64,000 nt of DNA. Source: a bacterium. Its GTDB lineage: Bacteria; SM23-31. The stretch covers positions 1,664,001-1,728,000 of the forward strand of contig OZ252239.1 of NCBI GenBank assembly GCA_965249485.1. Reading direction: 5' to 3'. The notes under the pieces are model-generated. The model saw only the letters and a list, made by a program, of their open reading frames with translations, was not told the origin of the DNA and did not search any database. Shown here piece after piece: positions 1 through 10,222 of this stretch; position 1 is the stretch's first letter, and every line of letters starts with the position of its first letter. The position numbers and the translations under genes were made by a program.

Positions 1-151
1 TGGGGATGCGCCTGGGGTCATCAGTGGTGTTGGCATTTTCATCGATCCATGTTCTTCGATCCTGCGCCTTTTCCTGAGCCAGTACTAATCCATTAAATGT
101 AAATATCGCAATAAGACAGAAAAAAATAGACCTTGTAAGTACCTTCATCAT
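1..151 (-). CDS. N-terminus of a secreted protein, runs off the window
   Basis: Manual translation MMKVLTRSIFFCLIAIFTFNGLVLAQEKAQDRRTWIDENANTTDDPRRIP; GGAGG RBS; signal peptide. Confidence 0.7.
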   Translation of the reverse strand, partial: MMKVLTRSIFFCLIAIFTFNGLVLAQEKAQDRRTWIDENANTTDDPRRIP

Positions 152-180
152 CCTATATACCTCCTGTTTTTATTTTCATA

Positions 181-1341
181 TTACCGGTTGTATGTAATAC
201 GGTAAATTACGCCGGCAAAATCATCCGATACCAGCAGTGACCCATCGGCCATAGTGCAGACATCGACCGGGCGTCCAAACCGTCTTCGCCCATCATCAAG
301 GAGCCACCCCTCGGCAAAGGGTTCATAATATTCAACCTCACTATTTTCGATCGATACAAAGGAAACTCTATATCCATTAAAACGGACTCCTGGACTCCTG
401 TCCCATGAGCCGTGCTCGGCTATAAAAATACCGTTTCTGTATTTTTCCGGAAACATGGAGCCAGTGTAAAATTGCATTCCTATTGCTGCAGCATGGGCGG
501 GCATTTCAATTTTGGTAGGTTGAAATTCGCTGATATCGCGTTTATGACCGAATACGGGGTCTTTTATATCTATTCCGAAATAGTACGGAAAACCGAAATT
601 CAAACCCTGACGCGGAGCGTGATTTAATTCTTCAGGGGGAATTTCATCACCAAGTTCATCTCTCCCGTTATCTGTAAACCACAATTCGTCGGTCCGGGGG
701 TCCCAGTCCAATCCAACCGAATGCCGTATACCATCTGCAAACACTTCAAGATCGCTGCCATCTTTATTCATTCTAAGAATTTTGCCAAATAGTTCTTCAG
801 GTTCACAAATATTGCACGGTGCACCGTTATCAAAATAAAGTTTGTCATCAGGACCAAGTCTGAGGTATTTCTTGCCGTGAGCACGTTCGCTCGGAAATGA
901 ATCATTCAGAATTACCGGCTTTGGAGGATGGTTTAAATTGTTTTCTATATCATCATAGCGAATAACACGGTCTCTTTCAGCAACATAGAGATCGCCGTCG
1001 ATAAATTCCACACCATTTGGTTGGGTAAGCCCTTCTGCGAGTACAATGACTTCATCAACTTTATAATCCTTGTTTCTGTCAACAACTGCATATAATCTTT
1101 CTCCATATGAACCGACAAACAGTGTTCCGCCAGGGCTCAAAGCCATTGAACGCGCACCGCGAACTCCCTCGGTGTATAGTTCGATCTTAAATCCGTCAGG
1201 CATTTTTATTCTTTCTAACTGCATGTACGGTTTGGAAATCTGCGCATAAGCGGTTATTGAAAATGTCAAGATTAAAACCGGCAGCAAGACCGATACTGCA
1301 AATTGTATAGATTTTTTCATAGAATCTCCTTGAATCGACAA
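181..1341 (-). CDS. PQQ-dependent sugar (glucose/sorbosone) dehydrogenase, beta-propeller; likely start 1320
   Basis: Signal peptide; motifs GAPCNICE, GIRHSVGLDW, WFTDNGRD, EHGSWDR, GRPVDV. Confidence 0.9.
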   Translation of the reverse strand: MSIQGDSMKKSIQFAVSVLLPVLILTFSITAYAQISKPYMQLERIKMPDGFKIELYTEGVRGARSMALSPGGTLFVGSYGERLYAVVDRNKDYKVDEVIVLAEGLTQPNGVEFIDGDLYVAERDRVIRYDDIENNLNHPPKPVILNDSFPSERAHGKKYLRLGPDDKLYFDNGAPCNICEPEELFGKILRMNKDGSDLEVFADGIRHSVGLDWDPRTDELWFTDNGRDELGDEIPPEELNHAPRQGLNFGFPYYFGIDIKDPVFGHKRDISEFQPTKIEMPAHAAAIGMQFYTGSMFPEKYRNGIFIAEHGSWDRSPGVRFNGYRVSFVSIENSEVEYYEPFAEGWLLDDGRRRFGRPVDVCTMADGSLLVSDDFAGVIYRITYNR

Positions 1342-1644
1342 TAAAACTGATTAATCTGTTATCGAAATTACATAATTCGGCAGAATGGGATGAAAAATAA
1401 CTTTTCACTTCTTATAACATTATAATCAGTATCACACAGATTTTTTTCTTAACGTGGGTTGATGAAGATACGAAATACAAACGTTACCGCATAAAATAAC
1501 TTGTACTTAGGAAATAGTTGTATGAGATTGTGTATTATGGAATTAAGTATTTGAGATATAGTGTATGAATTTATACTATGAAAATGACCACTATATATTT
1601 TGATGAATCAATTTAATATTCGATCACCTAACGTTAATGTACTG

Positions 1645-2103
1645 TCATCGGGGTCCTACATAAAAGCGTACGGGAACTGTCATCCGGGATTTTACAGGCT
1701 TGCCCGATTGCTGTGCAGGAATGAATTTCGTTTCATAAACCGCCTTCATTGCGGCCTCATCGCAATCTTTATTCAATGAGCTTTTTATTTCCGCTTTTTC
1801 AACCTTTCCTTTTTCATTGATTAAAGCGTTAACCTGAACAATACCCTCAATTTCATCGCGTTTTTGAGACTCCTGGTAAACAACTCTATCGGAAATTGCC
1901 GCTATACCGCCTATAACCTTCGGCTGTTCTTCAATTGGCAGTTCTTCTAATATTTCAGGAACTTCCATGCCTGACCCGACACTTTGTTCTGATTGCACAT
2001 TTGCTTTTTCCCCGCAGGCAGTGAAACTGCTTGCTATTAATAGTAAGATTACGAATAAAGTCGGCAATAAAATGGGGCTGCTCATTCTAGACAATGTACT
2101 CAT
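1645..2103 (-). CDS. Energy transducer TonB C-terminal domain protein
   Basis: N-terminal anchor; EQPKVIGG, GIVQVNALINEKGKV, KFIPAQQSGKPV. Confidence 0.85.
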   Translation of the reverse strand: MSTLSRMSSPILLPTLFVILLLIASSFTACGEKANVQSEQSVGSGMEVPEILEELPIEEQPKVIGGIAAISDRVVYQESQKRDEIEGIVQVNALINEKGKVEKAEIKSSLNKDCDEAAMKAVYETKFIPAQQSGKPVKSRMTVPVRFYVGPR

Positions 2104-2132
2104 GCTCTACCTTATTAATTAATTTCAGGTTG

Positions 2133-5053
2133 TTATGAAATTGTAATAGTACTATCCAGTTCAACGATTACATAAGGCATTTCCGTTTCGAGATCAGGAT
2201 ACATACGGCCATTCCCTTCGGTATCGAGAGCTTCAACGAAATACATTAAATTCCATTCCGGGACGATGAATTCCGCCGGAATGGTGGCGGTATATGTACG
2301 GGACGATTTCCCAGGTTTCATTTCAAGTGTTTCATAGTCTTCAAACTGGGTCACATGCCGGTAACGTAAGCGCACCCATTCTACACCGGAAGGGTCCTCA
2401 ACTTCGACGGTTACCTGCAATGGTGTTTTCGGTTTTGAATTCTTTATACGTGTGAGATTGACCATGGGTGATTCTCTGTCATCTGATATTGACACGACGA
2501 AAGGATTGCTTCCGCTCTGACTGGGAGAGGTTATACGCAGACCGGCAGCATCCTCTGCCTCTATAAAAATAGGATACATCATTGTTGACTGCCGCATGTG
2601 GAATAGTTGCACTATACTTGTTAGGACCGAACAACTGCATGTCGATATATTGATACGACCCCGACTCACTTTTGTAAGCTAAACGCACAATAAGATACCT
2701 TGTCTTGAGAATACACGGTCGACCTTACCTGCAGGTCCTCATGCGGAGCAATTCTCCTCAACGGTACGTGAGCTATGAGCACTCTTTTGTCACCGAAATC
2801 CGGTGCAAACGTTGCACGTTCGCGTTTCAAGTCCTCGATTCCATCCCTCAATCGCACAAGTTCATCCCGCCAGTGCCCGCTAAGTCCTACGGCGCGGACA
2901 CCGAACATCAAATCTTCCGCATAGACGTCACCAGCCGATTCAACGATTTTCTGCCAGGCCTCCATTGCGTTTGTTTCATGCCTGATGGCGTCATCTAATG
3001 CAAAGAGGTCCTGCGTCTGTTTATAGAGATTGAAGCTGACCGCAGCAGGTATTCGCCGGGCATGATACAAGGCCAGGTATGCCAGTATTTTCAAATCGGT
3101 CACCGTCGAAATGAATTCATTAGAGCGTTCCCGTCCGGTCAACCGCTCTGCTTCAGCAACATTTTCCAATATGGAATCGGCAGTATGAGAGAACCAGCTG
3201 GCAGTCTCTGAAGGACGCCGTTGAGCCGTGTCGAACCCTCGAAGCACGTTGACGGCTTCTTCCCGAAAATCGACAAATTGCTGAACATCGCTGCCTTCGG
3301 CAGTGGCATAAATGGGCAAATCGTATATACGCATTAATTCAGGCCAGCCCCGTGTAGTCGGAAAATTAAAGTAACGGTAACTGGCGGCAACAATTCGGGG
3401 AAGCACGTTACTGGCCAGATGAAGTCCTTTCATAATATATGGGCCCGCCTCTTTGCCGTAACGTCTGTCAAATTCACGTTCCCAAATTTCAGGTGGAGTT
3501 TCAGGGTTATAACCAAGCCGACCGAACACCTGGTAGAAATGCCAGTAGCGTTCAAATTCCCACTCATAGTACTTGTATTGAGGATTCAATAATTCGAAGG
3601 GTTCCCGGTCGTGGGGCTGGGCATGCATTTTTGCTACCAGGAGATCATTAACTTCAAAACTGTTCCCATTATAGAAGTGAGCGCTTTCGGCAAATCGTCG
3701 GGCATATTCCGGATTTCCCCATAACAGTATACGATTGGATCCCTCGGTCCACATGCGCCAGTGGATTCTGTACTTCTGAGGATACCGGAGCATATCGGCA
3801 TAACCGTGTCGTCTGTCGAACTGATTATAGGGGTTGATATGGGTTGGATGGAAGGGCAATCCCATTTGTTCCATCCAGTATTTGGTCGTAACCCTCAGGT
3901 TGACCTGCTGCTGCAATCCGTCATCGATTATTGCATCTGTCAGTCCTTTTGCCCGAATGTCAACCCGCAAATCGGGCCGTTCCATTTTGATTATTTGAAA
4001 GACATCGTGCCAGAAACCCTCCATTTCGCTCCGTTGGAGACCCGATTCACCATGCATGCGAAACTGTATACCGTCAATATCCGGGAAATATTCAATGAAT
4101 GCCGCAATAGCAGCTTTACTGTAAACGGCCAGATTATCCGATGTTATCCCTAATACCCGGCCGGGTATTTGTTCTTCCGGCGCCTTATCGCCAAAGGCTC
4201 CTAGGGGATCCTGGCTAAGCCCACCGCGATAGATATGATCCCAGATGCCAACGATAAAATCAACCCCATGGTTATGGGCAATTTCTATTATCCGACGAAG
4301 TGCCTCCCTATTCCGCTGCTGTTCCTGCGGTGTAATGTCTACCATTTGGACATTGGAAAACTCATCCAAATCGTAAAAGTAGGGGTATAACGGTGCCATA
4401 AATCCATCGTTTTCGTATCTGAAAATGACAAGGAGACTGTTCAAACGGTTTTGGGCCATCATACCAAAATATTTTTCCCAATAATCTTCATTAAACAATC
4501 GCTGTTCAAAATAGCCACGATGAAAGGTCGTAAAAGAGAGAGATCGTTCGATGTGATCCGGTTTTTCCTGTGTGTTCCGGATATGCTGAAATGGATTGGC
4601 GGGATTGTTACTCCACCTTATTCGATCAGCGACATCCAATGCGGCATACATGACTCCCCGTTCATCCGATCCAGTTATTAAATAAGCCATTTTCCCATTC
4701 CATCGGGTGCGTTGGATCACGAGCGCTTCGGCCTCTTCAGAAAGTTGAACGTCTGCATCAAAAAGCAGCTGTGTCATTTCATTTTGTTCTTGAGCAATAC
4801 TCACAATAATCAGAATATTGCCTTTGGCTTCTTCCAGTGTATTAACCTGCTCTGCTACGATGCCTTTATACTTTAGCGCCAATAATATCTGAGCAGTACC
4901 ATGGTTTGTGGGGGCACTATTTTGATCATACACCACCAGAGAGATGTCTGTATCAAAAACTTCACTCGTGCATCCTGAAAGCAAAAAAATCAGCACTCCC
5001 AATAATACTACAAAACGAAAACAGCTATTACAAGGATACAGAGTTTGTTTCAT
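2133..5053 (-). pseudogene. Large (~970 aa) putative lipoprotein, glycoside-hydrolase-like; split by two +1 frameshifts (~2690, ~2567)
   Basis: Lipobox LLSGC; ORFs 2666-5053, 2479-2688 and 2133-2669 join as VSY-VRLAYK and VSYF-IEAED if one T is removed at each site. Confidence 0.7.
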
Positions 5054-5542
5054 CGGTGACCCCTTGGTAATGCCTATTTGAAAAACGATTATTTGAAAGC
5101 ATAATTAACAATCGTAGTGTACACTGCCAGAAGATTCCGGAAATTTTACATTAATAATTAAGAGATACATTTAGTTTTTGCTCGTGTTTTTACTTACCTC
5201 TTTTCAAGAGGTTAGAATCCAGAAAACTCTCCACCAGCATATATACAAAGATTCAAACTTTGTAGATCATCAAGGACAATTCTCAATGAGTTGCAGAAAG
5301 GGATTGAAGAGTTAAAAACCGGGCAAAAACTGGAACTTGAACTGTTAGGAATCCAATCAAAGTTGCTATAAGTGTTCGGATTGAGATGGCCTGTTTTAGG
5401 CTGAAAGTTAAGAGATCAACCGAAAATCTTATTACGTAAATCAGTTTAATCCATTGATCCCTGTATACACAGAATGCAGTCACAGCTTTACAATCAAGTT
5501 CGATTTTTTCCTTACTGGGACGGCTTGTACTGTTTAAAGAGT

Positions 5543-6988
5543 CTAAAGACCCCAGCCATCTCTATACGTAGGTTTAATAAATTGATCAGCATCCGGAGTA
5601 TTGGTTGCCTTCATGTTAGCGCTATCCCAGTATAATTTTTTACCTGTCCGCAGCGCAACATTGCCCAACAGTACCATTTCGGTTAATGGACCGGAATATT
5701 CAAAATTCGAGCTGGTGGGACTACCGCCCTTGCAGAATTTTATCCAATCTCCATGGTGACTTTCAAGCCGGGGAATTGTTTGAGGTGGTAGCTCATACGC
5801 TTGCATTTTTGTCTCAGGTATTATGCGTGGAGAGCCGGACCAGCCTCCGCATAGTATTATACCGTCGTCTCCTACAAAATAAATTCCGTTTCCACCCATT
5901 CTACGGCCCTCTTCCAATTCTCGCGGCCGTGGAGGCATCAATCCTCCGTCATACCATTTCAAACTGACCGGAGGCATATCTCCACGGGCCGGAAACTCGT
6001 AATGGTATATTGCTCCTGTTGGTACTGTTTCGTCATTCAATCTGGAGCCACTTGCTTCCACACTGATGGGAGAACCAAGATCAAGGGCCCAAAATGCCGG
6101 ATCAATGTTATGACAGGCCATATCACCGATAGCACTGGTACCAAAATCCCACCAGCCACGCCAATTATATGGTGCATAAGCTCCATTATACGGCCGGTAC
6201 GGTGTTGGACCGAGCCAGCGATCCCAGTCAAGTGTATCCGGCACCGACGGCCTGTCCTCAGGTCTGTCCGACAGATCTGTCCATTCCAGTCCGCCTGAAT
6301 TGCTCCATGCGTGGACCTCACGAACCGTTCCAATCGCTCCGGCTCGTATCCACTCTACCGTCAAACGCATCCCTTCGCCGGAATTGCCATGATTTCCCAT
6401 CTGGGTTGCCACTCCTGCCTTACGGGACGCCTCCGTGACTATTCGTGTCTCGTAAACCGAATGGGTAAGAGGCTTTTCGCAATACACATGTTTGCCTCGT
6501 TCAATGGCTGCAAGACATGCTGCTGCGTGAACGTGATCGGGAGTGGATATAACCACGGCATCGATATTTTTTTCCTTTTCCAGCATTTCACGGAAATCAA
6601 TATAGCTGGCACAACCTTTGTAGGTCCCCGATGTGCTTTGTTCGGTGTAATATGTATTTACTCTCTCGAGAGCAGGTTTTAGCCCCGCTGTGGGGTAGTT
6701 ATAGTAAAATGGACCGTAATCGCTTTCTTGATTGACATCACAGAGGGCAATCACCTGCACATCCGGAAGTTGGATCAATCTCCTGATATTACCGGTTCCC
6801 TGTCCTCCGGTGCCGATAAAGGCCACGTTGATCTTGTTGCTTGGTGCGAACCGTCCCATGACGCAACTTGGAACGATCGTGAATGCCGCTGCGGCTGCCA
6901 CCGAGCTGCCGATAAATTCACGCCGGGTTAATTTTTTGCGCTGCTGCCTGACATTTTTTTTCATCTTTTCGTATTCTATTCCGTTCAA
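5543..6988 (-). CDS. Tat-exported Gfo/Idh/MocA oxidoreductase; likely start 6964
   Basis: TRREFIG twin-arginine motif; FIGTGGQG, STPDHVH, YCEKPL, GDMACH. Confidence 0.92.
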   Translation of the reverse strand: MNGIEYEKMKKNVRQQRKKLTRREFIGSSVAAAAAFTIVPSCVMGRFAPSNKINVAFIGTGGQGTGNIRRLIQLPDVQVIALCDVNQESDYGPFYYNYPTAGLKPALERVNTYYTEQSTSGTYKGCASYIDFREMLEKEKNIDAVVISTPDHVHAAACLAAIERGKHVYCEKPLTHSVYETRIVTEASRKAGVATQMGNHGNSGEGMRLTVEWIRAGAIGTVREVHAWSNSGGLEWTDLSDRPEDRPSVPDTLDWDRWLGPTPYRPYNGAYAPYNWRGWWDFGTSAIGDMACHNIDPAFWALDLGSPISVEASGSRLNDETVPTGAIYHYEFPARGDMPPVSLKWYDGGLMPPRPRELEEGRRMGGNGIYFVGDDGIILCGGWSGSPRIIPETKMQAYELPPQTIPRLESHHGDWIKFCKGGSPTSSNFEYSGPLTEMVLLGNVALRTGKKLYWDSANMKATNTPDADQFIKPTYRDGWGL

Positions 6989-7104
6989 GAATGGAGGTTG
7001 ATCATCGGTTACTTTAGGATTTCCATATTGTGCATTGTATTGAGCTCACTCCTATTTATTGACGGTTTCCGATAGGAACATAACTCTTTTCGATCACCAT
7101 ACCG

Positions 7105-7200
7105 TCATCGGATCAGGGTAATCCGTGAGATCGGAGGGTAGAGAAATTCGATACCGTTTTTTGTAATGATGATGTTATCTTCGATCAGAATGTGATGGAA
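7105..7200 (-). pseudogene. C-terminal remnant of a possible M24 peptidase-like gene
   Basis: FHHILIEDNIITKNGIEFLYPPISRITLIR* with no upstream frame. Confidence 0.35.
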
Positions 7201-7443
7201 ACTATAGTATAAATAATAAGGTATTTTTACAAGTCTTTTCTGCTTCTTGGGCTGTATGATTGTTTATTCAGATATTTTCACGAGGGGTTGTAACTATTTG
7301 CTAAGATTCTCAAAATGAAAGGTAATGTCGTGAAAACCCATCTTAGAGCCATCCAAATAAATTGTCCGATATGATTTAATGGAACCACTTTAAAATGTAT
7401 GCTTTATGGTGGGATTAGCAGTGTGAGTAAATATTATAGAAAC

Positions 7444-7478
7444 AAAAAAGCACCCACAGATTATGCTGTGAGTACTTT
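7444..7478 (-). terminator. Intrinsic terminator downstream of the tRNA-Phe fragment
   Basis: GTACTCACAG...CTGTGGGTGC stem followed by T6. Confidence 0.7.
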
Positions 7479-7490
7479 AAAAACAATTTG

Positions 7491-7535
7491 TGGCGCCTCC
7501 CGGATTTGAACCGGGGACACACGGATTTTCAGTCC
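7491..7535 (-). tRNA. 3' half of tRNA-Phe(GAA); att-site scar, not a functional tRNA
   Basis: GGACTGAAAATCCGTGTGTCCCCGGTTCAAATCCGGGAGGCGCCA = anticodon loop, T arm, CCA; no D arm or 5' acceptor strand. Confidence 0.85.
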
Positions 7536-8030
7536 TATATGATAATGTTTTTTGATTCCAATCCGCATAATTATTATGATGATTTACCCTCTGCAACTTT
7601 ATAATAAATCAATAATTTATCTTACAATAAGCAATGGTAATTCCAGAATATTGGTAATATCAATAACTGCACTAAAATTTTTCAAAAATGCTATGTTTTT
7701 TTATATAGTCTTATAAATTAACCGAGTCATTTAAGCATCATTAATTATTACCTTCAAATCAATTTTCTCTTTTACGAATTCTACCCGGGTTTTTCCACCA
7801 GCTTGCCTTTTTCCCGGAAAATGAGGGTGATGGGGTGGAGGTGGAGATTCATGATGTGGCGGCTACGTGAGGTTGGTTGATGGTTGTTCGTCAATGACAA
7901 AAAAAGGGTGTCAAAACGTGCTGCTTCCGCGTTTGCAACACTGATAATCGAAATGAATCGTGACCAGTTCAAACTTGTTAAAGACAGATTGTGCGGAACA
8001 CATGGTTTTATTTACCCACTATCGAGATCA

Positions 8031-8495
8031 TTAGACTTTCTTATACATACCGACGACTTTGTGAATAAACACGAATTCATTTATGTTATACTCCCGGATT
8101 GTTAATCCATCTACATCAACAAAGTTTTTATTGTCTGGCTCGAGATACACCGTAGTACCGACCTACCGGAATCGTTTAACACCGGCATTACCGCCTTTTA
8201 ATCTAAAATCCACGATAGAGTTGTTGTGAAGTTCAGCTGAGGGGGAGACTATTACATAATCGCCTTCGTTGAGGGTGGGCACCATGGAGTCCCCCGTAAC
8301 TACCAACGCATATGCGTTTTCGTCTTTATTATCAGCCATGAACTATTCCTCTGCGTAACGTACTGGGTAACTTGGGTCTGTAAAATCGGCAACGTCAATA
8401 GCGGAAATATTATTGAAGACAGGGACCTTCCGGATAAATACGGGGCTTAATACCTTACCCCAATCTTGCCCGGAAACATAATGTGAAGAATGTTA
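8031..8495 (-). pseudogene. S24 peptidase (CI/LexA-like repressor C-terminal domain) with in-frame stops
   Basis: RKVPVFNNISA...EE*FMAD...AYALVVTGDSMVPTLNEGDYVIVSP...VKRFR*VG...YLEPDN...HKVVGMYKKV*; TAG at 8343 and 8163, TAA at 8493. Confidence 0.85.
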
Positions 8496-8754
8496 ACTAT
8501 TATATTTAACGGCATCTTTTTTGAAAAGTTTAGAACATTTCTGTTCTATGTGATGGCCATCACGTTAGAAAAGATAGTTGGTCGAAATACCGGTGGTTGT
8601 ATCGATATTGTATAATGGTAGGGGGTGAATTTTTTTCTACATTTACCGGCTTCAATAAATAATACGTTGGAATAATCAACGCCGGATAAATCTGATAGTT
8701 TTTTGCGATAGACCTTGAGTGCTTAAAGCAGCTTGATGGTTGTTCGTCAATGAC

Positions 8755-8871
8755 AAGAAAGGGCAGCGCAACGTGTATGTCTGCACTGCCCATAGAAGGG
8801 AATTATAATGAAACTACATTACGTCTGCCCCTTGTTTAATTTGAAGCCAAACAAGGAAAAGCTCCATCCAT
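8755..8871 (-). ncRNA. Putative ~120-nt small RNA, copy 1
   Basis: 71 bp (8794-8864) identical to 15537-15607; upstream TATAAC; 5' hairpin; GC-rich terminator hairpin. Confidence 0.6.
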
Positions 8872-9046
8872 AATTCGTTATAGTATTTAAACGACAATGG
8901 TGCTCAAACGTTTCACACATTGTGTGCAGTATGGAGCAGAAGGAGAGAGTGCAGGGAGTTGATTTCGTCCGCCTCTTTTATGCTCTTGATTTTCCTGCGA
9001 TAAGTTGTATATTAACTCATCAAAATAATTTGTCCTCGGGAATCCC

Positions 9047-9709
9047 ATGTGCGCACGATATACGCTGTATGCAACAATGCAGAGAATTATGGATTTCTTT
9101 AACATTAAAAATGTTAAAGTTCAATTTCAATCAAACTATAATATTGCTCCCTCTACACACGTTCCTGTTATTGTAAACGACGGGGACATTAGTTTGGTAA
9201 GTCATGAGTGGGGTATAGTCCCGACGTGGACTAAAAATAAATGGCAGCGGTTGATCAATGCGAAAGCTGAATCTGTCCATGAAAAACCAACATTTGCCGC
9301 TTCTTTTCGGAAAAAACGGTGCCTTTTTGTTCTGGATGGATTTTATGAATGGAAAGGCAAAGGCAACGATAAAATTCCAACGTATTTTCAGATGAAATCG
9401 AAAGAACCATTTGCCATAGCGGGAGTTTCTCTCACGAATAAGACGGAAGACAAAGAAACTGAACATGCTATCTTGATAACCACGTCCCCGAATGAATTAG
9501 TACATCACATTCATGACAGGATGCCTGCCATACTCGGTAACGAATACCACGAAGCATGGTTAGATCCCGATTATCAGGATCATGGCTATTTGAGGTCGTT
9601 ATTAACTCCATACCCACATGAAGAAATGGAGGCAATCTCAGTATCAAAGTTTGTTAATTCGCCCGGCAATAATACTCCGGAGTGTATCAAACCTGTTATT
9701 GAAGATTGA
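9047..9709 (+). CDS. SOS response-associated peptidase (SRAP/YedK/HMCES family)
   Basis: MCARY N-terminus, YNIAPS, INAKAES, GFYEW, IHDRMP, VNSPGN. Confidence 0.95.
   Translation: MCARYTLYATMQRIMDFFNIKNVKVQFQSNYNIAPSTHVPVIVNDGDISLVSHEWGIVPTWTKNKWQRLINAKAESVHEKPTFAASFRKKRCLFVLDGFYEWKGKGNDKIPTYFQMKSKEPFAIAGVSLTNKTEDKETEHAILITTSPNELVHHIHDRMPAILGNEYHEAWLDPDYQDHGYLRSLLTPYPHEEMEAISVSKFVNSPGNNTPECIKPVIED
9681..9697 (+). repeat. 17-bp direct repeat, copy 1 (SRAP 3' end)
   Basis: AGTGTATCAAACCTGTT, also at 10206-10222. Confidence 0.85.
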
Positions 9710-10177
9710 GTGAATCCAAAAATGACATTAAAAAGTACAAAATCTATTCTAAAATTTAAGAAGATAGCTTCAGATGTAGATAAAGTTTTTCATAGATACA
9801 AACATTTGGGATCCCTTTTAGAGAAATATCCATTAGGATCATGTCATGCTGCATCGGAATTATTTGGTTTGGCATTACTAATAGCAGGTTATAATAAAAT
9901 TCAACTTGCATACAATGGAACTAGGAATCTAAAAAATGGTAGTTTTCATTCTCATGCTTGGCTTGAATTAAACGATACAATTATTGATCTTACTCTTTAC
10001 CAATTTAATGGTGTGGATAAGGGTGTTTACGTTGGAGATATTACTGAATGGCATAAAAAATTCAAAAGACAAGAAAGAAGGAACATTGAAAAAGCTGCTT
10101 TAGATCATTGGCGTCCATCTATTTTAAAAATTGATGAGCTTTTTGATGATATTTATAATTGCATTGATACAAAATAG
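9710..10177 (+). CDS. Hypothetical AT-rich protein, possible transglutaminase/papain-like Cys-His-Asp triad
   Basis: GSCHAAS...SHAWLE...IIDLTLYQF. Confidence 0.6.
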   Translation: MNPKMTLKSTKSILKFKKIASDVDKVFHRYKHLGSLLEKYPLGSCHAASELFGLALLIAGYNKIQLAYNGTRNLKNGSFHSHAWLELNDTIIDLTLYQFNGVDKGVYVGDITEWHKKFKRQERRNIEKAALDHWRPSILKIDELFDDIYNCIDTK

Positions 10178-10205
10178 CCTATCTTCCACGAATAGAGCTA
10201 ATGAA

Positions 10206-10222
10206 AGTGTATCAAACCTGTT
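10206..10222 (+). repeat. 17-bp direct repeat, copy 2
   Basis: AGTGTATCAAACCTGTT followed by TAA (CIKPV*), abutting the dnaE2 stop. Confidence 0.85.

Noticed and set aside
7559..7590. dif-like site AATCCGCATAA...
   Set aside because: No XerD arm at the 6-bp spacing
8531..8548. Palindrome as a canonical SOS box
   Set aside because: GAAC-N6-GTTC spacing differs from the N4 box at imuB; kept only as a possible operator
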